Source: a virus (Duplodnaviria; Caudoviricetes). From it: DNA of 64,000 nt. Positions 34,592 through 42,810 of the stretch are shown here, piece by piece. Position 1 is the stretch's first letter; each line of letters opens with the position of its first letter. The notes beneath the pieces were generated by a model. That model was given only the letters and a program-made list of their open reading frames with translations, was not told the DNA's origin and searched no databases. The DNA is taken from the IMG/VR virus record IMGVR_UViG_2898748948_000004, positions 1 through 64,000 of that record. The stretch is one strand, 5' to 3'. The position numbers and the translations under genes were made by a program.

Positions 34592-34830
34592 CGGACTTCA
34601 TCAAAGCCTGGGTGCTGCTGTTGTTCTGGTCGCCTGAGCTGCTTCGCACGCTGGCGCTGGACTTGACGGGCCGCTTCTACATCTTTCGAGACTCGGCCGA
34701 CGAGTTCATGAACTTTCTAGCCTGGCTGCAGGTGAATGGGCCTGACTGGTGCCGCGACCAGCCTCGCTATTTCGCCAGGGCCAGTGACGAACGCGAACGC
34801 CGCGCCATTGTGAAAAGGAGCCGTGCATGA
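34588..34830 (+). CDS. Hypothetical protein (80 aa)
   Basis: GTGA/ATGA coupled. Confidence 0.5.
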   Translation: MTDFIKAWVLLLFWSPELLRTLALDLTGRFYIFRDSADEFMNFLAWLQVNGPDWCRDQPRYFARASDERERRAIVKRSRA

Positions 34831-36029
34831 TGAGCACGCGATTTGAGCTGTACGAGGGCGATTGCCTTCAAACCCTGCGTGGCCTAGCCGAAAACTGTGT
34901 GGACAGCATCGTGACCGATCCGCCGTATGGACTGGCCTTCATGGGTAAAAAATGGGACTACGACGTTCCCAGCACAGAGATTTGGGTCGAATGTCTGCGC
35001 GTGCTCAAGCCAGGCGGTCATCTTTTGGCATTCGCTGGCACTCGCACCCAGCACCGTATGGCGGTGCGCATCGAGGATGCCGGATTCGAGATACGCGACA
35101 TGATCGCGTGGCTGTATGGCAGCGGCTTCCCGAAGTCGCGCAACATCGCCAACGACATGCAGGAGCCAGGCAATGCAGCCGCGTGGGCTGGTTGGGGCAC
35201 AGCCCTGAAGCCGGCTCTGGAGCCGATCACCCTGGCGCGCAAGCCGCTCTCCGGCACCGTGGCTGGCAACGTGATCGCGCACGGTACCGGGGCGCTCAAC
35301 ATTGGCGATTGCCGCGTGCCAGCTGAGCCGATGCCGCCGAACACGGGCAGCGGAGGCCTGCCGCGCCGGAGCGAGGACGAGCAGCGCGGCCCCGGCGTCG
35401 TCTCGCAGCCGCATGAAGCTGGCCGCTGGCCCGCTAACTTGATCCATGACGGCAGCGCCGAGGTGGTTTCTCTGTTCCCTGCCCAGGCTGGGGCAGCAGC
35501 ACCCGTCCTCCGACGCAACGGCGACAAGTTCCAAAACAGCTATGGCGCCTTCGCTGGCAACGACAACGAGGGCGGCAGCTCTTTTCACGGCGACAGTGGA
35601 AGTGCAGCCCGCTTCTTCTACGTGCCAAAGGCCTCGCGCTCTGATCGAAATGAGGGCTGTGAAGGCCTGGAGCGCAAGCCTCTACTCTGGTCCAGCGGAA
35701 CACAGAACCCTGGCAGCTTCCAGGCCGAAGGCACTGACAAACGCAGCCAGAACAACCACCCGACCGTGAAACCAACAGCCCTCATGGGCTATCTGTGCCG
35801 CCTTGTGACGCCAGCAGGCGGTGTGGTGCTCGACCCATTCATGGGTAGCGGCAGCACTGGTAAGGCGGCAATGCGTGAAGGCTTCTCCTTCATTGGCTGC
35901 GAGTTGAACGCCGAGTACTTGGCGATTGCCAAGGCTCGTATTGAGCATGAGTTGGCCCGCGCCATGTCAGCGCCTGAAACAACAACCAGCATTAACCAGC
36001 GCGATCTGTTTGCAGAGGTATCCCTGTGA
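34827..36029 (+). CDS. Beta-class amino (N6-adenine-type) DNA methyltransferase
   Basis: IVTDPPY; NHPTVKP; VLDPFMGSGSTG; GCEL. Confidence 0.9.
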   Translation: MMSTRFELYEGDCLQTLRGLAENCVDSIVTDPPYGLAFMGKKWDYDVPSTEIWVECLRVLKPGGHLLAFAGTRTQHRMAVRIEDAGFEIRDMIAWLYGSGFPKSRNIANDMQEPGNAAAWAGWGTALKPALEPITLARKPLSGTVAGNVIAHGTGALNIGDCRVPAEPMPPNTGSGGLPRRSEDEQRGPGVVSQPHEAGRWPANLIHDGSAEVVSLFPAQAGAAAPVLRRNGDKFQNSYGAFAGNDNEGGSSFHGDSGSAARFFYVPKASRSDRNEGCEGLERKPLLWSSGTQNPGSFQAEGTDKRSQNNHPTVKPTALMGYLCRLVTPAGGVVLDPFMGSGSTGKAAMREGFSFIGCELNAEYLAIAKARIEHELARAMSAPETTTSINQRDLFAEVSL

Positions 36030-36716
36030 CTCTTACCCATTTCCCCCTCAACACCCAAGGCCGAGACTTCGCAGTAGGTGACATACATGGCTGCTTCAAC
36101 CGCCTGCAGAGCCTGCTGGATGAAATGGGCTTCGATCCAGCGAAAGACCGCCTGTTCTCCGTGGGTGACATGGTTGACCGAGGCCCCGATAGCGATCAGG
36201 TGCTTGACTGGATCTCGCGGCCATGGTTCTTCCCGGTGCGCGGCAACCATGAGGACTTCGCCATTCGCTGGCCCAACGGCCACATGCAAAAGGGGGATTA
36301 CCTGGGCAACGGTGGCGCATGGAACCTGGGCAACCCGGTGGAAGTGCAGAAGGAGATTGCTGCAGGGCTGAAGTTCCTGCCACTGGCCATCGAGGTTGAA
36401 ACCGAGGGTGGTTTGGTCGGCATCGTCCACGCTGACATCTACGGCTACGACTGGCGCGGCTTCACTGACATGCTGCAAAGCCGCAGCAAGGCCGAGGCCG
36501 AGGAAGCAGAAGAGCATGCAATCTGGTCGCGCCGCCGCTTTGACTATCACGACAAGAGCCTGGTGACCGGCGTGCGCGCCGTGGTCGTGGGTCACAACCC
36601 GGTGGATCAAGTGCTGGCGCTGGGCAACACCATCCACATCGACACCATGGGCTGGCACCGGGGGGCACTTCACGCTGCTGGATCTGGCAACCCTGAAGCC
36701 GTGGGGTGGCGCATGA
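36026..36716 (+). CDS. NinI-like Ser/Thr metallophosphoesterase, apparently frameshifted at the G6 run 36660-36665
   Basis: GDIHG, GDMVDRG, RGNHE, VGHNP, HIDT motifs; the alternative frame after the G-run gives HFTLLDLATLKPWGGA* ending at ATGA 36713-36716. Confidence 0.8.
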
Positions 36717-36994
36717 ACAGGCAGGGCATGACTATCGATGATTTGCTGAGGCGAGAGCGTGAGCAGCAAATAGGAAAAGCCGACCGAGACAGGATGTTGC
36801 GCGACTGGATGAAGCCGCACATCAAGCGCCTGTCGGGTACTTGGGTATGTGTGGGCCGGGGCGTGAAGGCCACAGGCTTCTCTCCGAGCGCTGCGTACAG
36901 TGTCTGGTTGGTGCAGCAGGAACGCCAGGTCAACTATGCCTTGCAGGCTCGGCCCATTCCCGCGCGCCAGTTTCTGGAGGGGTGGCAGTGCTGA
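36713..36994 (+). CDS. Hypothetical protein (93 aa), fused to the phosphatase in the current reading
   Basis: ATG 36713 overlaps the natural phosphatase stop. Confidence 0.55.
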   Translation: MNRQGMTIDDLLRREREQQIGKADRDRMLRDWMKPHIKRLSGTWVCVGRGVKATGFSPSAAYSVWLVQQERQVNYALQARPIPARQFLEGWQC

Positions 36995-37521
36995 CCGTCC
37001 GTAAATCGATGAAGCGTACCGGATTCAAGCCGCGCGGGCTGGCGCTGGTCACGCCTGAAGACATCGAGGCCAGGCATGAGGCCCGTCAGCAGCGCCTGGC
37101 CGCATTAATGCTGGTGGAAGTGCGCGAGACAGCGCCTCTCAATATCAGCACTGAGGTGGTAGCCGTGCCCAAAGAGGACGCGATTGAGTACGAGCCATAC
37201 CGCCGCCTTGTGGCGAAGCTACCCTGCATGTTTTGCGGGATTGAGGGCTACAGTCAGCATGCCCACGAAAACGAGAACAAGGGCAAGGGACTGAAGTTGG
37301 ACGACCGGCGCGCGATGGCGCTTTGCTGCACCCGTCCGGGGATTGAGGGCTGCCATGTGGCCTTCGACCAATATCGGCTGCTGCCTGGGGGGCGGGATGC
37401 TCATGTGGAGCAAGGCAAGCTGTGGAGCGCACAGACGCGCCAGCAACTCCGTAGGGAAGGGCGCTGGCCTGCAAAGTTGCCCCATATGCCTGGTGAGGAA
37501 GAGCTTGCGTTTGATGGGTGA
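36988..37521 (+). CDS. Zn-binding HNH-like nin-region protein
   Basis: GGAGG before GTG 36988; LPCMFCG...HAH...GKGLKLDD...ALC...CHVAFD. Confidence 0.6.
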   Translation: MLTVRKSMKRTGFKPRGLALVTPEDIEARHEARQQRLAALMLVEVRETAPLNISTEVVAVPKEDAIEYEPYRRLVAKLPCMFCGIEGYSQHAHENENKGKGLKLDDRRAMALCCTRPGIEGCHVAFDQYRLLPGGRDAHVEQGKLWSAQTRQQLRREGRWPAKLPHMPGEEELAFDG

Positions 37522-37580
37522 TGGCCTGGTTGATGCACCTGTAAGGCCTTGATTTTTATGGGTGCAGCACTCGTCGCAAT

Positions 37581-37606
37581 AAAAAAAGGCCCGCACGAAG
37601 CGGGCC
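37581..37606 (-). terminator. Intrinsic terminator for a leftward/antisense transcript
   Basis: GGCCCGC-ACGAA-GCGGGCC preceded on the + strand by A7 (U-tract on the minus strand). Confidence 0.55.
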
Positions 37607-37660
37607 CCTCTGGAAGGTCGATTGACCGGAGACAAGTCAATCGTACCAACCGGAGAGAGC

Positions 37661-38227
37661 ATGAATTCATCTGAGAAAGCGGCAGCGACCAGCACGGATC
37701 GCGTGTATGAGGCCATCGTGGAGCTGCACAACGCGCAGCAGCCTGCTACACGCTATTCGGTGCAGGCGTTGACCGGCCTTCCACTTGGCCGGGTGGACGA
37801 CAGGATCAAAGCCCTGGTTGAGCGCGAGCGCATCAAGCGGGTGCTCAAGGGGCAATATGTGCCCGTCGAGTCGCACCCGCCAGCACGGGCAATCAGCAAG
37901 ACGCTGCTCCCGAATGGGTGCGTCAAAATCGAAATTGGCGACGATGTGCTGACGCTGACGCCTGCCGAAGACCGCGCGCTGGCGCTGCTCCAGGCGGGGG
38001 CAGCTACTCAGGTCGCCCAGATTCAAACCGGGCAGGCCATGACAGAAATGGCAGCGACCATGCTGATGAAAGTCGAGCAAATCGAGCGCAGACAGCTGGA
38101 GAGCCCCACGCTGGAGGTGGCGGCAAAGCTGGCGCAGGCGGCCACGACCATGGAGAGAGTTACGGCAGCCGCACGGGCCGCAGGTATGAAGGTGGATGAG
38201 CGCCAGGGAGAGCTGGCGCTGGACTGA
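37661..38227 (+). CDS. Winged-helix protein (candidate late regulator)
   Basis: RVYEAIVELH...LTGLPLGRVDDRIKALVERERI; GGAGAG RBS. Confidence 0.6.
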   Translation: MNSSEKAAATSTDRVYEAIVELHNAQQPATRYSVQALTGLPLGRVDDRIKALVERERIKRVLKGQYVPVESHPPARAISKTLLPNGCVKIEIGDDVLTLTPAEDRALALLQAGAATQVAQIQTGQAMTEMAATMLMKVEQIERRQLESPTLEVAAKLAQAATTMERVTAAARAAGMKVDERQGELALD

Positions 38228-38422
38228 TCAGCTCAGATCTAGTTCATCTGACGGCGGCTTGGTCGGCAGCTTCGCCTTTTCCACGACCGCCCGCAGCCAT
38301 GGTAGGCCCCCTTCATCAATCTTGGCCCATGCCTTCCGGGACAAGCGAATGGAGCGCTGCTCAAGCCTGTCTGCGTCTGGGACTGGAGGCCGACCCCGCG
38401 ACCGCTTCGGTGTGTTTTCCAT
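38228..38422 (-). CDS. Small AT-hook/ribbon-helix-helix DNA-binding protein
   Basis: RSRGRPP...QRSIRLSRKAWAKI...WLRAVVE. Confidence 0.55.
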   Translation of the reverse strand: MENTPKRSRGRPPVPDADRLEQRSIRLSRKAWAKIDEGGLPWLRAVVEKAKLPTKPPSDELDLS

Positions 38423-38574
38423 GCGCACGATTTTAGCGTCTTTGATGTGATGCGGAAAATATATTAAATGTGATTCAAAAAATGCTTGCTCGTAAGCATT
38501 TAATGAATCACAATAAATTACATCGAACAACGCACAAGGGAGAGCACCATGAACATGGCCGAGAGGGGGGTGAT

Positions 38575-38796
38575 GTGAGCAAGCGCATCAAGGAAATGCT
38601 GGCGCTGCTGGAGAAGTCCGGTGCTCAGCAAATCGAATTCAACGGCAAAACCCAAGGCCAGCACCTGAGCTTTGATGTGCAGGCTCCGAATGGCAAGCGC
38701 CAAACCTTCTTTATGTCCGGCACGCCCAGTTGCTGCCGCGGCGACCTCAACAAGCTTTCCAAGGTGCGCCAGTTCTGCCGTATCAACCACGCCTGA
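38575..38796 (+). CDS. HicA-like small protein
   Basis: QGQHLSFDVQAPNGKRQTFFMSGTPSCCRG..N resembles the phage H.K...P.G......S.TPSD.R family. Confidence 0.5.
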   Translation: MSKRIKEMLALLEKSGAQQIEFNGKTQGQHLSFDVQAPNGKRQTFFMSGTPSCCRGDLNKLSKVRQFCRINHA

Positions 38797-38805
38797 AAGA
38801 TTCAC

Positions 38806-39135
38806 ATGCCTTCTATTTCCGATGACGACCTGTGCAGTGACTGCGCCCATTGCACCTATGTGCCGGAGGCCGAACGCCATGCGTGTGCCAACGACTTCCC
38901 AGGCGCGACGGATGACGACGACTACGTGATTAGCTGCGTGGAGTTCATGCCGCGCGTCCGCACATACCGCCACTACGGCCTGGACTACGGCATCGCGGCT
39001 GAGTTCAAGGACACCGACGAGGGCAAGGCCCAGGCCAATGCCTTCATGGAAGCCAACCCGCACACCGGCCTGCTGGCCGTGGAGTCGGGCCGAATCATCA
39101 TCGCCGCGCTGGCGGACAGAGGAACCAAGCCATGA
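38806..39135 (+). CDS. Cys-rich hypothetical protein
   Basis: LCSDCAHC...C...C. Confidence 0.6.
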   Translation: MPSISDDDLCSDCAHCTYVPEAERHACANDFPGATDDDDYVISCVEFMPRVRTYRHYGLDYGIAAEFKDTDEGKAQANAFMEANPHTGLLAVESGRIIIAALADRGTKP

Positions 39136-39389
39136 GCATGAACCGCACGCAATACCGCACCGCCCGCCGCCTGATCCGCGACAACGGCCGCGCGGCCCTC
39201 AAGTGGCTGGATACCAAAGGCCGCGAAGCGATGGAGCGCCTGATGGACGAGCGAAACGCAAAGGACATGCTGGCCGAGCGCGCCGATGTGGTTGCGTACT
39301 GCCAGAGCGTCGGAACCCACCACACCGCCCTGCACACAGTTGACCTGGGCTTGTTGAGCCGCTTTCACGAACGCAAGTACAGCGCCTGA
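39132..39389 (+). CDS. Hypothetical protein (85 aa)
   Basis: ATGA-coupled. Confidence 0.6.
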   Translation: MSMNRTQYRTARRLIRDNGRAALKWLDTKGREAMERLMDERNAKDMLAERADVVAYCQSVGTHHTALHTVDLGLLSRFHERKYSA

Positions 39390-39413
39390 CACAAACCTCC
39401 AAGGGAGAACAAC

Positions 39414-40058
39414 ATGAGCGAGATTCACACGAAGGGGCGGCTGACCGTCCATACACATGGACGCATCACAGCTGGCCCATTCCACAGCTACACGAACGGT
39501 TCAGCTCAAGAGCAGTTCGCAATGGTCACAGGCTTCACCCGCAGTGACAACCCAACCGCGGAGCGTGACGCAAACGCGCGCCGTCTGGCCGCGTGCTGGA
39601 ATGCCTGCGATGGCATTCCCACCGAGAAGCTAGAAAAGGCCGCAGACGATATATCGCCGGTGTTCCAACTGCTGACGAACGCGACAGCGGAGGCAATTAG
39701 ACTGCGCGCCGCCCTGGAGGCATTGATCCGTGATGCCGACTCGGAGCCGGACTCAGAATACCTGCAAGGAGCAGGAAAGAACCGCGTCGCTGTCCACCGC
39801 AAGGGCATCGAGCGAGCCCGTGCTGTGCTGGCCGCGACCACCGAAGCCGCGCCCCCGCAACTGGCCGTATCCAATTTTGACGCCCTCATAAACGCCGCCC
39901 GCGAGCAAATGGCAGAGCGCATAGAGAACATCAAGGACGACCGCAGAGGCTTCTACACCCCGGAAGACCTGGAGAGCGCAGAGGCAGAGCGCTTGCAGAT
40001 CGAGGCCCAGGCGGAGGCCCTGGAAGCCTATTCAAAAGCCGTGACTGCGGAGGGCTGA
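39414..40058 (+). CDS. Mosaic phage hypothetical protein
   Basis: HTKG...DANARRLAACWNACDGIPTE module; GGGAGA RBS. Confidence 0.65.
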   Translation: MSEIHTKGRLTVHTHGRITAGPFHSYTNGSAQEQFAMVTGFTRSDNPTAERDANARRLAACWNACDGIPTEKLEKAADDISPVFQLLTNATAEAIRLRAALEALIRDADSEPDSEYLQGAGKNRVAVHRKGIERARAVLAATTEAAPPQLAVSNFDALINAAREQMAERIENIKDDRRGFYTPEDLESAEAERLQIEAQAEALEAYSKAVTAEG

Positions 40059-40061
40059 CCC

Positions 40062-40292
40062 ATGGGGACAACATACCGCGTCACTGTCATGTACCTGCTG
40101 AAAGCCGCGCCCGTTCGCAAAGCAACCTATGAGGGAGTGAGCGATATTGAAGCAGCGATGGATCTGGCCAGAAAAAAAGTGCATCTGGACGATGAAGCTG
40201 CCAACAGCAATCGTGTCATCCTCGAATGCACTGGCGCAGTCTGCTGGAGCTATGCCTACAACGATGTGGCCATCGAGCGCGAGGATGCTTGA
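40062..40292 (+). CDS. Hypothetical protein (76 aa)
   Basis: Between upstream stop and terminator. Confidence 0.5.
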   Translation: MGTTYRVTVMYLLKAAPVRKATYEGVSDIEAAMDLARKKVHLDDEAANSNRVILECTGAVCWSYAYNDVAIEREDA

Positions 40293-40327
40293 GAAGCTGC
40301 CTAGCTCAAGCAGAAGCAACCCATACG

Positions 40328-40352
40328 AACCGCCCATCGAGGCGGTTTTTTT
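40328..40352 (+). terminator. Intrinsic terminator closing the 38.5-40.3 kb insert
   Basis: AACCGCC-CATCGA-GGCGGTT plus T-run. Confidence 0.75.
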
Positions 40353-40356
40353 ACGA

Positions 40357-40373
40357 CCCCGCATAGGGTTTAG
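40357..40373 (+). promoter_or_regulatory. Late-promoter motif, copy 1 (upstream of terS)
   Basis: CCCCGCATAGGGTTTAG; near-identical copies at 45957 and 52434. Confidence 0.55.
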
Positions 40374-40405
40374 AGATTTTGGCGCCGCTCCAGACACTGG
40401 GGCGC

Positions 40406-41311
40406 ATGGCCACATCACCGGCAGGCAAGCGGCCTGCACCGAAGAAGACAGCGACCCCCAAAAAGCCCACTGCACCTAAAAAGGCCGTGGGCATTTCTGC
40501 GTCCAAGGCCAAGGCCGCAGCGAAGACTAAGGCCGCCACAAAGGCGCTGGCTAGGACTGCTACGAAAAAGATAGCTATAAGCGGCCGCCATGCAGGTGAT
40601 TTGACCGATTTGCAGAGTCGGTTTGTTGACGAGTATCTGATTGACCTCAACGCCACCAAGGCCGCCATTCGGGCTGGATACAGCGAGAAGACAGCGGCTG
40701 TAATCGGTAGTGAAAACCTAATAAAACCTAATATAGCTGCTGAAATTCAGCTACGAAAACAAGAGCGACAGCAACGCACAGAGATTACTGCGGACGTTGT
40801 TCTGCGTGAGGTGTGGCAAATGTTCCGGGCCGATGCCCGCGAGCTGGTTGAGGTGCGGGTGGGCTGCTGCCGCCATTGCTATGGCGAAGGACACAAGCGC
40901 CAGCGCACTGTGGCGGAGATGAATGCAGCCCGTGAAAAGTGGATCGACTCGGGCAAGGTGCCACTGGATTTCGATGAAGAGGGCGGCATTGGCTTCAATC
41001 CTCTGCTACCGCCTCATCCAACCTGCCCTGAGTGCGGTGGCGATGGTTACTCGCGTGTGGTGCTGCACGACACCCGCAAGCTCTCGCCAGAGGCCGCCAG
41101 CCTCTACGCTGGTGCCAAGCATGGCAAGAACGGCATTGAGATCCAGATGCATGACAAGGTGGGCATTGCTGAAAAGCTGTTCAAGCACCTTGGCTTGTAC
41201 GAGGCTCACAACAAGCAGCGCAATGCTGCTCAGGAGGCGCTGGCCGGCCTGGCTACTTCTGAGCTGCTGGCATTGCAGGCCCGACTGCTGGGCGGCGGGG
41301 AGGGCGGGTGA
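40406..41311 (+). CDS. terS: Terminase small subunit
   Basis: QSRFVDEYLIDLNATKAAIRAGYSEKTA; Zn-finger insert CCRHC...CPECGG; K/A-rich N-terminal tail. Confidence 0.88.
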   Translation: MATSPAGKRPAPKKTATPKKPTAPKKAVGISASKAKAAAKTKAATKALARTATKKIAISGRHAGDLTDLQSRFVDEYLIDLNATKAAIRAGYSEKTAAVIGSENLIKPNIAAEIQLRKQERQQRTEITADVVLREVWQMFRADARELVEVRVGCCRHCYGEGHKRQRTVAEMNAAREKWIDSGKVPLDFDEEGGIGFNPLLPPHPTCPECGGDGYSRVVLHDTRKLSPEAASLYAGAKHGKNGIEIQMHDKVGIAEKLFKHLGLYEAHNKQRNAAQEALAGLATSELLALQARLLGGGEGG

Positions 41312-42045
41312 TGGATGTATCCCGCCTATCTCCCGAGGTTCGCGCCGAGATGCTTGCTCAGCTCAAGGCTCTGCTGGCAACTCGCAAGATCGACACCATG
41401 TACCCCGAGAAGGGGCCGCTACGCCGTGAACTCTATAAGAAGCATCTGGAGTTCTTCAAGGCGGGCGCTACCTATCGTGAGCGGTGCGCCATGGCGGCCA
41501 ACCGGGTGGGCAAGACCGAGGGCATGGGTGGGTATGAGACTGCCTTGCACCTGACTGGGCGCTATCCCCACTGGTGGGACGGAAGGCGTTTTGATCACCC
41601 GGTCAACTTCTGGGCTGCCGGCAAGACCAATGAGACGACCCGCGACATCGTGCAGAACAAGCTGTTCGGCGCGGTCACGGGCGTAGCCCAGGCCAAAGCC
41701 TTTTCCGGTACCGGGCTGGTCTACGGGGATTGCATTGGCAAGATCGCCTGGAAGCAGGGCGTGGCCGACCTCGCAGACACGGTGATGGTCAAGCATGTCT
41801 CGGGCGGATGGTCGCAGTTGGGCCTCAAGTCCTACCAGCAGGGGCGCGGCAGCTTTGAGGGCACGGAGCGCCACGGGATATGGCTTGATGAAGAGCCACC
41901 GCTGGACATTTACAGCGAATGCCTGATTCGTACTGCCACCACGAACGGCATTGTCTACATCACCTTCACCCCGCTGGAGGGGACGACGGGGACGGTGCTG
42001 ATGTTCATCAACCCCGAGGCGGTGGGGAAGGTGGAGGCTGACTGA
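41308..42045 (+). CDS. terL: Terminase large subunit, ATPase domain (separate ORF)
   Basis: AANRVGKT Walker A, IWLDEEPP Walker B, TFTPLEG coupling motif; stops at TGATG. Confidence 0.88.
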   Translation: MMDVSRLSPEVRAEMLAQLKALLATRKIDTMYPEKGPLRRELYKKHLEFFKAGATYRERCAMAANRVGKTEGMGGYETALHLTGRYPHWWDGRRFDHPVNFWAAGKTNETTRDIVQNKLFGAVTGVAQAKAFSGTGLVYGDCIGKIAWKQGVADLADTVMVKHVSGGWSQLGLKSYQQGRGSFEGTERHGIWLDEEPPLDIYSECLIRTATTNGIVYITFTPLEGTTGTVLMFINPEAVGKVEAD

Positions 42046-42809
42046 TGCCAGCCGTTACCGAAAGCCGCTACCTCGTCACCGCTGGCTGGGACGATGTGCC
42101 CCACTTGGACGCAAAGACCAAGAAGGAGCTGTGGGACAGCTCGCCACCTCATGAGCGCGAAGCCCGGGCGCGCGGCACGCCCACGCTGGGCAGCGGCCGT
42201 ATCTTCCCTGTGGAAGAGGACAGCATCAAGGTCACGCCCTTTGCCATTCCCGCTCACTGGCCGCGCATCAATGGCATTGACTTCGGCTGGGATCACCCCA
42301 CGGCAGCTGTGCAGCTGGCCTACGACCGCGAAGCGGATTGCATCTATGTGGTGCACGTCCACCGCGAGAGCCTGCAAACCCCGGTCATCCATGCCGCCAC
42401 GGTCAAGGCCTGGGGGCCGTGGGTTCCTACCTCCTGGCCGCATGACGGTTTGCAGCACGACAAGGGAAGCGGCGAGCAGCTGGCCAAGCAGTACGCGGCA
42501 GCTGGTCTGCTGATGCTCAAGGATCGCGCCACCTTCCCCGATGGCTCCAACGGGGTTGAGGCCGGGCTGATGGACATGCTCGAGCGCATGCAGACCGGTC
42601 GTCTCAAGGTGTTCAGCCACCTCAGCCTCTGGTTTGAAGAGTTCCGCCTTTACCACCGCAAGGACGGGAAGGTGGTCAAGCTGCGCGACGACTTGATGAG
42701 CGCCACCCGATACGCACTGATGATGCTGCGCAAGGCCAAGGTCAGGCCCATGCCGCAGGCGCAATCCCAGAACAACTGGGCCCCACTAGATAGAGAGATT
42801 GGGTACTGA
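42045..42809 (+). CDS. terL: Terminase large subunit, nuclease domain (separate ORF)
   Basis: GWDDVPHL, GIDFGWDHPTA, WPHDG, DDLMSATRYA; GGAGG RBS 5 nt before the ATG. Confidence 0.88.
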   Translation: MPAVTESRYLVTAGWDDVPHLDAKTKKELWDSSPPHEREARARGTPTLGSGRIFPVEEDSIKVTPFAIPAHWPRINGIDFGWDHPTAAVQLAYDREADCIYVVHVHRESLQTPVIHAATVKAWGPWVPTSWPHDGLQHDKGSGEQLAKQYAAAGLLMLKDRATFPDGSNGVEAGLMDMLERMQTGRLKVFSHLSLWFEEFRLYHRKDGKVVKLRDDLMSATRYALMMLRKAKVRPMPQAQSQNNWAPLDREIGY

Positions 42810-42810
42810 C

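Noticed and set aside
36026-36994. 322-aa phosphatase fusion as the native product
   Set aside because: The alternative frame restores a typical C-terminus and an ATGA junction; better explained by a G-run indel
42030-42060. Intron or intein at the terL break
   Set aside because: No intervening sequence; the two ORFs overlap by one base
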